A stretch of DNA of 61,325 bases, counting the filler, from Perkinsus olseni (taxonomy: Eukaryota): the NCBI GenBank assembly GCA_013115125.1. It is 7 parts of 7 records of this genome, joined end to end, with 100 filler letters (N's around TTAATTAATTAA, not from the genome) between each part and the next. Parts side by side here need not be neighbours in the genome. Positions count along the whole stretch, not along the records: positions 43,956 to 52,605 come from JABANN010000956.1; positions 52,706 to 61,325 come from JABANN010000957.1; 5 more parts are not named here. One strand, written 5' to 3'. The position numbers and the translations under genes were made by a program. Numbering within the stretch: the first letter of the stretch is position 1; the number at the start of each line of letters is the position of its first letter. Shown here piece after piece: positions 48,924-60,807 of this stretch. A model generated the notes under the pieces. The model was not told where the DNA came from. It made no database searches and saw only the letters and a list, made by a program, of their open reading frames with translations.

Positions 48924-49442
48924 GAGAAATATCAAAGTAGAGAAAGACCTGACCGGGCTGATTAACACGGTGTAACACAACGCCCGCTGCAAGGCTACAG
49001 ATCGTTTTTATGATGTGACTTTGAGAGAGGGGCGGACGCCGAGGACGATAACCATCGACGAGGACGAGGATACAAGTAATAGTAGCAACGTAATGATGAT
49101 GATGATGATAACGGACGGAAGGCTGGCAACAGTAGAGGTGACGATGATGATACAGCAACAAATGGTGGCATTGTAGGAGGAGAGATGATCTCAGTATCTT
49201 AACGCACGCAGAAGAATTCCCAAGGGAAGCCTTTGGTCCCCGACGCTAAAACAAGATATCCCACCTAGGAGTATCCAAGGTCGACTCGAGCGACTTTCAC
49301 AGATCAGTCGGGAATGACGACCGAGATTATCCTCGAGAAAAATGGTCAGGAATTAGTATCTCCCCCTTGTAAGATATTCTTCGCTGTGCGCTTTCAAGAT
49401 ACTTTGATCAATATATGAGTACATCAGCAAAGATGCCATCCT

Positions 49443-49476
<34 letters not shown>

Positions 49477-49521
49477 TGACTCCTCCGCTTCGCCGCCTCG
49501 ACCACCATCAATCACAACTGA

Positions 49522-51107
49522 TCATTTTCTGCCGATCGGGATTGCCTTCGGGTGCTGCTGTTGCTGTCGTCCGGCTTTTTGCGACTTCATCTTGGCTTTC
49601 TTCAAGACAATCCCGTGCGCCGCCATCTCGTGGGCCAACTCATCCTCTGCGTTACTCGCGTGACCACCATCCAGAGGCTCCTCACCGCCTTTGGGAGGAG
49701 AAGGGGAAGGAGATGACCCCCAAACTGATGCCGAACCGGTCTTCAGCGGTTTGCTTCCCTTCGGCATCTGATGATCCACTGCTGCTTCAATCCAGCCCGA
49801 TTTCCTACTAGTACTACCTTCCCCATTTTCTTCTCTTTTTTGCTCTGCTTGTGCTGAGCGGCTTCGCATGGGAGGGGGGCCTCGGTGAGACGCTCTTCGT
49901 ACTCTCGGTCCAACTCGGCTTGCATCCGCTCCGCGATTAAACGATCGTGCTCCTAAGGATCTTAGGTTGACGCATGGAAGATAGAAAAAAGGTTAAGTTG
50001 AGATCAAGCACCCTTCCATTACCTCTTGCACTTTTTTATCCAAAATATTAGTCGGCTGCTGTTGCTGCTGCTGATGGCGTTGATGATGTTGTTGATGACT
50101 CATCATCCTCATCGGCCGGGGTCGTTGACTCGCCACGCTTTGATGATGATGCTGTCCAGGAACACGATCGCCGATCGAAACAGGACGCCATCCCCCCCTC
50201 ACAGGATAAGTCTCCGTGAGGCCGTAGTCATTAGTGACTACGTTGGCCTGAGGGCCGGCAACCTCGTCCAAAGCGCTCCGCATCGACGCAGACAGCGAAG
50301 GGAAGAGGTTGTCACCGTCCGCTAGAGAGAATGAGGATGGGGCTGGGACGACCGAATGCTGCTGCTGCTGCTGCTGCTGTTGAGCAGGCTCGTGGTTGAA
50401 GCCAGAAATAGATCCGCCGCCTGGCATTCCCTTATGAAGCCAGGAGAGGTCCGCAGGACTACTGAGGAGAAAGCAATCAAAAAAATCTTGTACTACTAGA
50501 TGGTACCTCTCGTCAAACACCCTGCTGGAGACATCCGCCGTTCGGCCTCCTCGAGCTAGCAGATCGAAATCCACAGTCGCTGCTGCTGCTGGCCCACCAG
50601 TAACCGGGCCGAACAGACCAGCAGCCGCGGACGACGACACTGACTGGTCATACTCACCCAGGACGGTCTGGCTGATACTATCATCGGGAGGAGAGTAAGT
50701 ACTACTATGGCCGCTATCCTGCCGTTGCTGCTGTTGGACCGCGGAATCTGAATGCTGCAATGAGTGAGACCATGGGCAATGGCAATGGTACCAGCTCCGT
50801 CGCCACTGCTGCTACCGGGCCCCGAGACCACCTCCTTCGTCGTGTAATCCACAACAATATCGCCTTCGGGAGGCAAGTCCCAGGTGGAGATGGAGTTGTT
50901 TTCTTGCCAGAAGAAATAACGATTGTACTGCTCGTTCCAATAGCGATACCAAGTCGTTGGTGGATTCGTAGCGGCTGGCGCTGCGACAGCATAGGTGGGC
51001 TGGAGGACACCGGAGAAGGCTTTGGTGTTGTCGCTTCCACGAGAGGTGTCGAAGATGGACGATGCGCCACCGAAGCCGTGTGAGGGAGTTTGCAATTGAC
51101 TTGCCAT
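49522..51107 (-). CDS. WW-domain protein with Q-rich low-complexity regions, multi-exon
   Basis: PTTWYRYWNEQYNRYFFWQENNSISTWDLP has the WW pattern (W...YFF...STWxxP); later exon DRLIAERMQAELDRE. Confidence 0.75.
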
Positions 51108-51648
51108 GCTTCTTAAAGAGGAGAACTAATCAATTAGAATTATGGAGTGCAGAGAATACGCCACTGACTTGACTTATTTTGTATCTTGCACGCTCAACCA
51201 GAAGATCCACCGGTGAAAACCTCTCCCAAAGAAGATTTTCCCAGGTCTAAGTCGGCCCAAACAACGTCAAATTCAACTGCACTTTCAGGCGCCCTTCGGC
51301 TGATTTCTGAGGTCAGTAGCCGGGACTGTCGGGCTACGCTATTTTACAGTTTTTTAATCAAAAATTGCAACTCCGTCCAGGCCTGTAGAACGATAAGTAA
51401 ACGAGTAACGATTTCCGGTACAACAGAGAAAGCAATTTTAAAGATTGCACGGGCGCGCGCTAATCGAAAAGTTCGAAAATGCGAAATTTGAAAATTTATG
51501 GGGTGATATATCCGAACAGCCTGACCTCTTCCGTATCTACCAAGCATAACCTCAGGATACTCCCAACCGACTTAACACAACCCCCCTCCCATCACGAAAT
51601 TAGAAATAAAAAATTGCGGTACATGTTGAGCATTTTGCTCTGATAACA

Positions 51649-52379
51649 TCACTTGCCATTGGCACTCGGCCGCGGTACTCCGATCGTCTCCGCCAGCAAC
51701 TCCCGCAAGCTCGCATGGTCCCAAACGACGGGGAACTCGGGGAAGTCCTCAAGGACCTTCTGACCGGGTCGGAAGAGGATGCCCTTATCCGCTGCCTTAA
51801 GCATGGAGATGTCGTTGTAGCTGTCACCGATGGCGACTGTCTTGAAGTTGAGAGTCTTCAAGGCTTCGACGGACTTGCGTTTTTGGTCCTAAATAAAGGA
51901 GCGATGACTCAACGCGATCGTAGAGGAAGGTACTTTGAGACGGAGAACGTGCCTTTCGATGTAGCCCTGGTCGTCGACAGCAACGGCGTGGCAGAAAACG
52001 GTGCTTTGGCCCAGCTTGTCGAACAGGGGCTGGGCGTAGTTCTGGAAGGTATCGGTGAGGATGATGATGCGAGGGCAATGGGGATAGAGCCAGGATAAGG
52101 TCTCCACGGCACCCTCGAGAGGCTCCATTTTGTCGACAACCTGAGTCAACCTAAGATACCAAACGAGACGGCAGTATCTTCGACCTGTTTCATATCTTCC
52201 AACTTGATGCCGTTCTCTTTAAGAATCTTGATGCGATGCATCATGAGCTTATCATAATCGGGCTCATCTTTAGTGGTCAACTTCAAGCCTTCCAAGCCGG
52301 TCTTCTTCTGCAGCTCCAGCCAGGCCTCGCCGACGAGGACTCCCTCACAGTCGAAGCAGATGCACCACATGTCGGTCAT
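51649..52379 (-). CDS. thrH: ThrH-type HAD phosphoserine phosphatase / phosphoserine:homoserine phosphotransferase; exons 52379-52185, 52140-51934, 51888-51649
   Basis: Spliced protein [13 protein letters not shown]...[19 protein letters not shown]...PLEGA...IILTDTF...CH...LRLKDQKRKSV...[21 protein letters not shown] is collinear with Pseudomonas ThrH (DLEGVL, TTRDIPDYD, GDSYNDTTML); 44- and 45-nt GT-AG introns. Confidence 0.92.
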
Positions 52380-52851
52380 GGTGATACGCAGGAGTAAAGT
52401 AAAACTGATAGGGGGTGAGGGAAGGTAGGATCCTGGGGAAGAGGTGACGTCCGAGTAGAAGATGAACGGCACAAGGAAATGCAAGATTCGCAAGAGTGTC
52501 AAGATTCTCGCAACCGATAGATGGTGACGTGGTGTGTCGGACGTGCGTCCGAGATAGGCCCAGTGATGATATAAGTATGATGAGTGGGATGCCTATTTAA
52601 TATTANNNNNNNNNNNNNNNNNNNNNNNNNNNNNNNNNNNNNNNNNNNNTTAATTAATTAANNNNNNNNNNNNNNNNNNNNNNNNNNNNNNNNNNNNNNN
52701 NNNNNAATCCTCGATATTACACCCCTCGAGAGAATCTAAACATTGTTAGAGTCTCTCCTGAACTCACGTTGAACTCGTTTCTCGTACACTCGTTGTGTTT
52801 CCGAGTTTCAACCTCCCTCCACCGTTCCCCATAGGCTTGATTGCATCAACA

Positions 52852-53898
52852 ATGACTCATTCATCCGACCATCAAGGCAGCCAGGCTGCCGCCTCCACAG
52901 CCACTGCCCTCCCGAGGAAGATCACGAAGCATCGCAACTTCCCGGCGCGTATAATGAAAGCTGATAGGAAGTCTTTTGGCGAAGACTACACCGAATTTGA
53001 TCTACACGGCTACTCCTGTCAACTTGCTGAGGATACCATGATTGGAGCCTTCTCCCAGCCAGTGCATTTGAACGTACAAACGGAGGAGAGCAAAGCAAAG
53101 CTCGAGCAGCATTACTTCACCTTCGTCATTGGAAGGGGGAAGCACTCCAATACTAAAATGTCGGTTGATTTGAGCAAAGCCGTAGCCGACGGCCTGCGTC
53201 AGGCTGGCCTTGAGGAGAATCGGCACGCCGGCAAGGACCAGAGGGGCACCTTCAAAATCATCGCCGACAAGGACATAGCGACTAAGGTGGTTAAAGTGTA
53301 CCCAGTAATGGACATACAAGTAGCCGAGGGGTCTGATGCGGGAAGTGAGGAGGAGACGGTGGAAAGAGAGGTTGAGCGACTCCAGGATATGTCTACCAGG
53401 CCGCTCACTTTGCGAAGCCTCAGTCGCACTCTAGTGGAGACTCGGTGCCTGGCTGGCAATTTGACGGATGATCAGCGACTCTACCTCGGCCATGACTTAT
53501 CGGAGATATTCAAGAGCCTTTTCAAGTCCTTCCGTAACGATATTGAGTCCCCGACTTTCGCTTGCACGGAGGAGGACAAAGAAGCCGCTGTGGAGTTACT
53601 GCAACTGGAGCTGAATCGGGAAAAGGTGCTTCCGCACATCAAAGATCTCCAACAACGTCTCGAGAAGATCGAACCCAGCGAGCCTGGGCCCGAGCTGAAG
53701 GAGCGCCGCAAAGCGCTGAGAATGAGGCAGAAGCAATTGCAGGAACTTGAAGATGTTTGGGATAGGAGCGCTCATGGACGGTATAAATTCCCATCAGTTG
53801 ACGCCATGACCAAGCACTCGAAGAAAATGGAGGAGGTGAGCGCCCAGATCGAAGCTATCAATGAGAGAATCGAGCACCTACTAGATTTCAAGGAATAG
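52852..53898 (+). CDS. Smr-domain protein with a C-terminal coiled coil, intronless
   Basis: FDLHG ... FVIGRGKHS ... RGTFKII match Smr domain motifs; probable ATG at 52852. Confidence 0.75.
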   Translation: MTHSSDHQGSQAAASTATALPRKITKHRNFPARIMKADRKSFGEDYTEFDLHGYSCQLAEDTMIGAFSQPVHLNVQTEESKAKLEQHYFTFVIGRGKHSNTKMSVDLSKAVADGLRQAGLEENRHAGKDQRGTFKIIADKDIATKVVKVYPVMDIQVAEGSDAGSEEETVEREVERLQDMSTRPLTLRSLSRTLVETRCLAGNLTDDQRLYLGHDLSEIFKSLFKSFRNDIESPTFACTEEDKEAAVELLQLELNREKVLPHIKDLQQRLEKIEPSEPGPELKERRKALRMRQKQLQELEDVWDRSAHGRYKFPSVDAMTKHSKKMEEVSAQIEAINERIEHLLDFKE

Positions 53899-54301
53899 AC
53901 CCACTGCTTGTTCTTGCTGTACAGTACATTGTCTAGTATATCTAATTTTGCTGTCTTGTTGACTAGTGCGGTTACGCCGGGAGCAAACCATTCTTGCGTT
54001 CGAAACTATTTTCTCATCTGAGGTTCCATCCCCAGCAAAGGCGGCCTCTAAGAGGGCTCGATGGTGATGGTGGTGAAAGAGGTCGCTGTGCATCGTTACG
54101 GTACAGATGTATTCAAACACACCGGTGTAGGGACGAGAACCCGATGACAGGATCTATAACGATGCAGCGGGGTTCTCACATAGGGTTGGCGGTCCTGGTT
54201 GAGAACGTCTTCGCATCGCAACCCCGAGTTGGCGAGCGAGAAATGCCCCCTTCCCTCGAAAATAAAGAGGACAATCAACTCGACTCCCTAAAGTGTAATC
54301 T

Positions 54302-55095
54302 TCACGTGAGCAAATGTCGCATGCTTTCACCATCATCATAAAACTTATCAATCCTCCTGGCGTCATCCAGCCGTGCACGCAATCGACTCGTGGTGCTCTC
54401 CTCCGACCCGAATGGTGATGATACGCGAGATGGCTTGGGAGATACTGCCGTTACTGGGGTGTCCAGCGGCCCTTGCTGACCGCCGGCGTCAACATAAGGT
54501 ACCATCGCTCCCTTCACGATGGCCGGCAGCATCCTCGCACTCAGCGGATGGGCTGCCTTAGCGGCTTTGGAAACTTCCTTAACCGGGGCAATAGACGGCC
54601 GATAGCAATCAATGTTAAGAGGTCGGACGGGTGTCGAGTAATGCGGCCCCCGCGATCGGAGATGCCGGAGCCGAGAGGTGAGAGGGGACAAGGGCTCCTC
54701 AACGATCACCGAGAGTACCTCTGAGATTAACAGCCTTGGTGTAGTGTCAGCGCTGCTGACTCAGCAGTACGCGGGCTGCTCACCATCACTAGCTCCCGAC
54801 AGAATTTCTGTCCGCTCCTGACGGCTCAAGGCTGCCCATCGACCGTGAGACTGATCGAGACGCCTCTTCAGTACAGGGGTTCTGGGAACCGCGTATCGAA
54901 CCTCAATCATGTTGCCTTCCCTATCCTCCCATCCTTTGCACTCTCCTTCGTGCTCGAACAAAGAATCTTCATCTACAGTCACCAAGCACTCCTATTAGAC
55001 AACGGCAATCCCGACGCTGCCCGCCGATGATTCCGACTCACACTCAGCAGCACTTCGCTCTTTTTCTCTTCTGCGAGGCGGCCCGAGATGGTCAT
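54302..55095 (-). CDS. Three-exon hypothetical protein
   Basis: MTISGRLAEEKKSEVLL / ECLVTVDEDSLFEHE... / EVLSVIVEEPLSP...ESMRHLLT*. Confidence 0.5.
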
Positions 55096-55452
55096 CAATC
55101 AGCAACCACCACTAAACACGCTGGAACGAGTTTACGGCATGTTCCCTGACCGGCCCTCAATGTTCCAGAAAAATCTATGCTTGGTCCCGAGTCCGAATCG
55201 ATGAGTCGGATAAAAAAGCATCTCATACAGTAAGGATGCAGGAAGTGCTACATTTAATTGATCAAACACTATGTTAGATGTTTTAAGAGGAAACCGCAGC
55301 ACATAACTCACACTTCAACTGCGGGGATAAACAAGCAGCTTTAGCGGAATCAGAGACTGAGACTGCCACCCCAAGGGTAAGCGAATGGCCGCGGGTTCAA
55401 ATCCCAGCGCCTCCCACGGCGTGCAAGTATCGCAGCATACAACGGCGTCCAT

Positions 55453-56029
55453 TTATCCGATGTTGAGGCGGAAGAGATCGTTCATGCAGTAGAAGCCACC
55501 AGTGCTCGGGTTGGGAGCCAAGTGGAAGACCTACAGACACAGACTCAGCAGGGTTCTAGGACACCGCTACCACCGCTACTACCTGACCGAACTTCAGAGG
55601 ATTGGCGTTGTCGTCGACGTAAAGGTTGCCGGTGACGAAGACGATCACACCGTTATTGGAGGGATTGGGCTGGCAGTCAGCCTTGATGATCTGATGGAGA
55701 ATGAGGTCTCGAGTAGCAAGCTGGGACGAGGGAAGAACCTTACCTGGTGTCTGACCTTCTGGAAGGGAAGACTGGCGATCTTCTGGACGATGTTGGCGGC
55801 ACCCTGGAACTGCTCTCCCTCGAAAGTCAACATAGAGGAATCTGTGCAATGAGCGATGGCACATTCTTGACCTCAAGATACGGGTAATCCCTCGTGATAA
55901 CGAATGCCCTCCCTCTTTATCACCTCCATAGAGAGGGCCGAGCTGGCTTCGGTTGGCGTCGAAGGTCTGATAGTACTGCTGTACGAACTGGTCGCCTATG
56001 GCCTGAAACTGAGGGTTAATCTGAGCCAT
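55453..56029 (-). CDS. NTF2: Nuclear transport factor 2; exons 56029-55924, 55841-55744, 55690-55583, 55530-55453
   Basis: IGDQFVQQYYQTFD...SMLTFEGEQFQG...DCQP...VFVTGNL...FGQVFHL...NDLFRLNIG*. Confidence 0.96.
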
Positions 56030-56443
56030 TGAGAATAAGGTCTGCACAGAAAACCTATAGAGAGTAAATAACAACAGGACTCCGTCACACAATCAAGGTC
56101 ATCAACCAAAGAGAGGTTCTCTTCCTCAGTGTATCCGCTACTATCTCAAATCGATCAAACGCTACTCGAAGGTCCCGTCGCCGGGTACACAGAAGACCAC
56201 GACCTCGGCCCTGCCCCTTCACGACGGGCTCCTACTACGGGATGAATCCAGTGACAGCAAAATGATACTAACCGGTGAGAGGGACGGGTTGAGGTCAACA
56301 ACCTACAGCTACTGTAATCGCTCGGGTGAAATTTTCAGGCTTTACACAACATCGGAAAGCTTTACCTGAGGCGAAGCGATTTTACCCGCGCATAATCGCC
56401 GTTCATTTCCCCGTTCGTCGCACTTGAAAAAAGTAGCTTCCTG

Positions 56444-57520
56444 ATGACCGCCCGCTCGAATGGTTCCAGTGATGCATCGCCGGATCTGGCGGTGGTCGCT
56501 CGTGAACTACGAGCAGCAAAGGATGGGCCACCCTCTTCTCGGGATTTGACGAAGGAGTGGTATGAGAAATGGGTACGCAAAAACGGCTTTTCCAAACCAC
56601 TGAGCAGGCTACAGCTGCTCTCATGGATGACTTTCGCTGTTGATGTTGCCCTAGGAGCCGTCATTTCCTTGCCGATTCTACTGAGTGATGGCCAATGGTA
56701 CGGCTGGGTGATCTCGCTGCTCTGGACTGGGAGTGCTGTATTAACGCTTGTCTCCACACACAGAGCTACTGCGTGCGATCCCACGGACGATTCATCAGCA
56801 CCTTCCCTTGGGGCCACCCGCTTCTGCCACTTCTGCAGGCGTAATGTGAGCACTGATGCTAAGCACTGTCGGCAGTGCAACAAATGCATCGGGGACTTCG
56901 ACCACCATTGCGAGTGGCTAAACAACTGCATCGGCCGGGACAACTATTTTCCCTTTGCTTGCGCTACCGCCTCTGCTTTCGTCTTCACCGCCTCACTGGT
57001 TGCCTTCTCCAGCGTGGAAATTGGCCGCTTTGTTTCTGAAGGCTCAGAGGTTACTGTTGAACGGTGGCGCCAAGTTTATACGGGCGTCGACGACCGGGCG
57101 GTTCTCGGTATATCGGTAACGATATTACTAATTAATCTGCCTCTCACTCTGTGCGTACTGCAGCTTCTCTCCTTCCATGCATTCCTGGCTTGCAAGGGGC
57201 TCACGACGTACGAATATATAATGTATAAGTTGAACGGGGAGCAGGCGGAGCGAAGCAACCCTCCACAGGGACGCAGAGTGTGGAGTCGCTTTAAGGCACT
57301 GCCGTCCGTCATGGATTGGTTCGTCTTCGCCGGCTCGTCGAAGCGCAAGGGACGGCCACAGGAAGCCTCTGGATCAAAGCGGCCTTCTGGGTCACTTAAG
57401 GGCTCTGGTGGAGTTGCCCTGGTTGACGGTGGCAGTCGATGCAGCAGCAGAAGCAGCGGCACCCGACGAGTAGAGCCCATCGAGGTTGTTATAGGGACCC
57501 CCAAACGGAGTGTCAGTTGA
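56444..57520 (+). CDS. DHHC palmitoyltransferase, intronless
   Basis: CHFC...AKHCRQCNKCIGDFDHHCEWLNNCIGRDNY, TTYEY motif, RKNGF N-terminal motif and four TM segments. Confidence 0.96.
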   Translation: MTARSNGSSDASPDLAVVARELRAAKDGPPSSRDLTKEWYEKWVRKNGFSKPLSRLQLLSWMTFAVDVALGAVISLPILLSDGQWYGWVISLLWTGSAVLTLVSTHRATACDPTDDSSAPSLGATRFCHFCRRNVSTDAKHCRQCNKCIGDFDHHCEWLNNCIGRDNYFPFACATASAFVFTASLVAFSSVEIGRFVSEGSEVTVERWRQVYTGVDDRAVLGISVTILLINLPLTLCVLQLLSFHAFLACKGLTTYEYIMYKLNGEQAERSNPPQGRRVWSRFKALPSVMDWFVFAGSSKRKGRPQEASGSKRPSGSLKGSGGVALVDGGSRCSSRSSGTRRVEPIEVVIGTPKRSVS

Positions 57521-57785
57521 CGTTATGAATTGACCCTGTAATAAGTTGATTTGATCCTCATGTTTGTATTATTATCATCATGAACGGAGCACGTCAGTTG
57601 TCGGAGGCATCTGTTGGGTTACAGTGATCGGATCCCTCATTCTAGTGGCCTCAGCTGAGCTTTGAACTCGTAGGTGTCTCATAATGGAGTAGAAGTCAAG
57701 TTGGGCGGGTCCTCGTGAGGGGCGTTGCAGATGGGGAATCTTTCAGTTTGATCCTTGAAGGTCGACTCATCAATCGTTATCATCA

Positions 57786-59524
57786 ATGCCGTCCAACCGC
57801 GACTATGACCACCTATTTAAATTAGTCCTTATCGGTGATTCTGGTGTGGGCAAGTCCTGCCTACTTCTGCGATTCGCTGATGATAGCTTCACGGACAGTT
57901 ACATCACCACCATTGGAGTTGACTTCAGGTGAAGGGGGGCTCGACGCTCACGTACAGTGAAATCATCCCTGTATATTTTGTGAAGTTTACTGGGTGATTT
58001 CATAGTGATCATATGGAAAGACTACTCCCGCGTCGCCTCTATCCCGCTGCAAACAGCGTTGTGAAGCATGCGGGAGGGCGACATCAAAAATTTACGATGA
58101 GTCTTCCAAACTTATATATATCAAAAAGAGCGCCACCATCGCCTTGTTCGCGCTAGTCGTACCCGATGTCGACTCGCGTCGTGAGGCCCGATTTGATAGC
58201 TTTATTTCGAGCTGCTGTACGACGAGTGGGGAGTCGTTGCCAAACGCCGCAGCAGTATAAAAATTGCATGAGGCAGAGTTCCTGAGTGCCTACAGCTACC
58301 ATATCACTGAATGTGGTGCAGGGGCTCAATATTACCAATTACGTTAGTCCGGACTGGCCAAGCTTCTCACCGTAAATTACGTGGTCTTCTCGGGTCATGC
58401 AGCTGCTGTATTCCAGGTTCAGAACTATCCCGGTGAGTGATAAGACGGTGAAGCTGCAGATTTGGGATACTGCCGGGCAGGAGAGATTTCGCACTATCAC
58501 TTCAGCGTAGTAGTGGGCAGGTGACATAACGTGAACCTTATACAGAAATGACCAACGCAACACCGTACAGGCCGTTATAGGGAGGCTTTCAGAATCTCAT
58601 TATCACCGACTACGTCGTAACCGCTAGCTCGTCTCTCGTATCAGTGTGTTGATGAATACGCGCTGGGTATATATCTCTGGAATTCGGCGATGTATGGTAC
58701 GGTACACTGACGCTCGCCATTTCAATAGGCCTTAATCATCTTCTGTGCATTTAATTCCAGCCCGAATTGAATTCGTAATAGTTTATCGCCGTTCTTCAAC
58801 GGGAACTGACTCAGAACCCAGTTCAACTGATATGACTAGGAAGTTCCAATCCCAAATCAGCGTGCAATAACCCGAAATAATCCTCGCAACCAATGCGTCT
58901 TTCTTTCTCATGATGCAGTTGTCCAGGTGTTGAGGGTAGGTACTATCGCGGGGCTGATGGTATTATGATGGTGTATGATTGCACACACAGAGAATCCTTC
59001 GACAACATCGATACTTGGCTCAGTGAGGTCAATCGGTAATATCGGCGGTCGAGGCATCTCCTTCACGCTCGTCGTAAGCATTTCTGTATTACTATCAGTT
59101 ACGCCAATGACTCCACCGTGAAGATTTTGATAGGCAATAAATCTGATCTCAAGGAGGACCAACAGGTTACAGCGGAGGAAGGAGAACAGAAGGCAAAGGC
59201 CTTGGGCTTCTCCGGTTTCATCCTTACGAGTGCCAAGGTCAGGATCTGCTGATATTACGCTTCGCGAGAAGGGAGGTTTTTCAGGATGCCTCCAACGTCG
59301 AGACAGCGTTTTCAATGGTCTCCCAATCTCTTATCGACACGCGTGCAGCGGCCGCTGCTGCTGGTCAAGGCGGCAACCGACAGCAGGGCGGTGGGGTAGG
59401 AGGTTGCTGGTTCGACCCCGGCTGATTTAATCAGTGATTACGTTATTCTGTTCAGATCATGCAACTTCGGAATGCGGGATCGTCGGCGTCGGGCTACTAT
59501 CCCTCGAACTGCTGTGGCCAGTGA
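57786..59524 (+). CDS. RAB1A: Rab1A-type small GTPase, 6 exons
   Basis: [48 protein letters not shown] and C-terminal CCGQ; the ITT/TSAYYRGADG variants fit the alveolate Rab1A paralogue. Confidence 0.93.
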
Positions 59525-59861
59525 GGTTCCTTAATGGTGTTGATGGGAGAGCTGGTGCCCTGCATTTTTCATTTCTTCATAAGATGTCGTGTTGTCAATC
59601 CTTGCAATGAACATGTTCTGGCCGCTGTCCATGGTCAACCGAAATTATTACCAATTTGGCCGTAAATTCTCTCCCCTCGGCACAGAATTGGCCACGGACC
59701 GGCGCGAATTCGACCGGCGCATAACTTTTGATGGAGCAGCATATTGAGGACCTCTGGTGCCTTACGGAGGTATCACGGAAGATACCAACAGCGGATTGTC
59801 GGGTGGACGTAAATCGAACACTAATTTGAACACCCGCATGTGACGGAGTAATGCACTCTTA

Positions 59862-60275
59862 ATGACGATGGAGGACTCGACGCTGGAGGCTGCAGTGGTG
59901 ATTAGAGTTCATGGTTTACCCAGCGATATGTCCCCACAGTGCGGCTGCAACTGCCTCGCATCACCAGCAGCAGTCGGTGACGATTAGTCCAATGCCGCAT
60001 CACCGAGACTTTCCACCAGCCTATCCCCACGTTGGAGTGCCTGTCTCATCGGCCGATCACCCACTGGTAGTATGGGCTGCTGCTACTGGTCATAATCGAT
60101 CATCAGGATATCAATGACTTGGCACTCTCCGGTGAGGATCCTAGGTCGACCATCGTGGATGCGGCCAGGGAAGCATATCATGCGAAGGAAACAGCGCTGA
60201 GCCTTGCTCGGCACTCGGACAATAACTTGATATCAAGACTGGCAGAGGCGGTCGCTAATTCGGCTAAGGGATGTG
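59862..60275 (+). CDS. 5' exons of a hypothetical gene continuing toward the contig end (weak VIT1/CCC1-like N-terminus)
   Basis: Spliced ...ADHPL / DINDLALSGEDPRSTIVDAAREAYHAKETALSLARH... Confidence 0.4.
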
Positions 60276-60376
60276 TACATGAGGCTCGAGGGGTAGTAAT
60301 GGGAGAAGCCTTTGATCTTGCCTCCCGTCTTAACATCCGTCTGCTCTTATTGAATGCAGAAGGGCTGACAGTTCCT

Positions 60377-60807
60377 GTGGTGACACTACTCTATAATCTA
60401 CTGGCCGTGTCACCACACCATCATGTGGTGACACTACTCTATAATCTACTGGCCGTGTCACCACACCATCATGTGGTGACACTACCCTATAATCTACTGC
60501 CGTTCCACTACACCACCATGTGGTGACACTACTCTATAATCTACTGGCCGTGTCACCACACCATAATGTGGTGACACTACTCTATAATCTACTGCCCGTG
60601 TCACCACACCATCATGTGGTGACACTACTCTATACTCTACTGGCCGTGTCACCACACCATAATGTGGTGACACTACTCTATAATCTACTAGCCGTGTCAC
60701 CACACCATCATGTGGTGACACTACTCTATAATCTACTAGCCGTGTCACCACACCATCATGTGGTGACACTACTCTATACTCTACTGGCCGTGTCACCACA
60801 CCATCAT
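60377..60807 (+). repeat. 48-bp tandem repeat, 9 copies, each containing an inverted repeat
   Basis: Unit GTGGTGACAC-TACTCTATAATCTACTGGCC-GTGTCACCAC-ACCATCAT; the third copy is degenerate and 1 nt short. Confidence 0.97.

Noticed and set aside
55391..55416. GCGGGTTCAAATCCCAGC, similar to a tRNA T-arm or B-box
   Set aside because: No acceptor, D or anticodon stems can be formed, and it lies in the NTF2 3' flank.
58010..58330. RNase MRP or U3 RNA in the Rab1A intron (GGAAAGAC..., GGGGCTCA)
   Set aside because: The GAAAGTCCCC P4 strand and the U3 boxes are not present, so it is kept only as an unassigned structured region.
60377..60807. CRISPR-like array (palindromic repeat plus spacer)
   Set aside because: The intervening sequences are near-identical rather than unique, there are no cas genes, and the context is eukaryotic. 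The VVTLLYNLLAVSPHHH ORFs arise simply because 48 is a multiple of 3.
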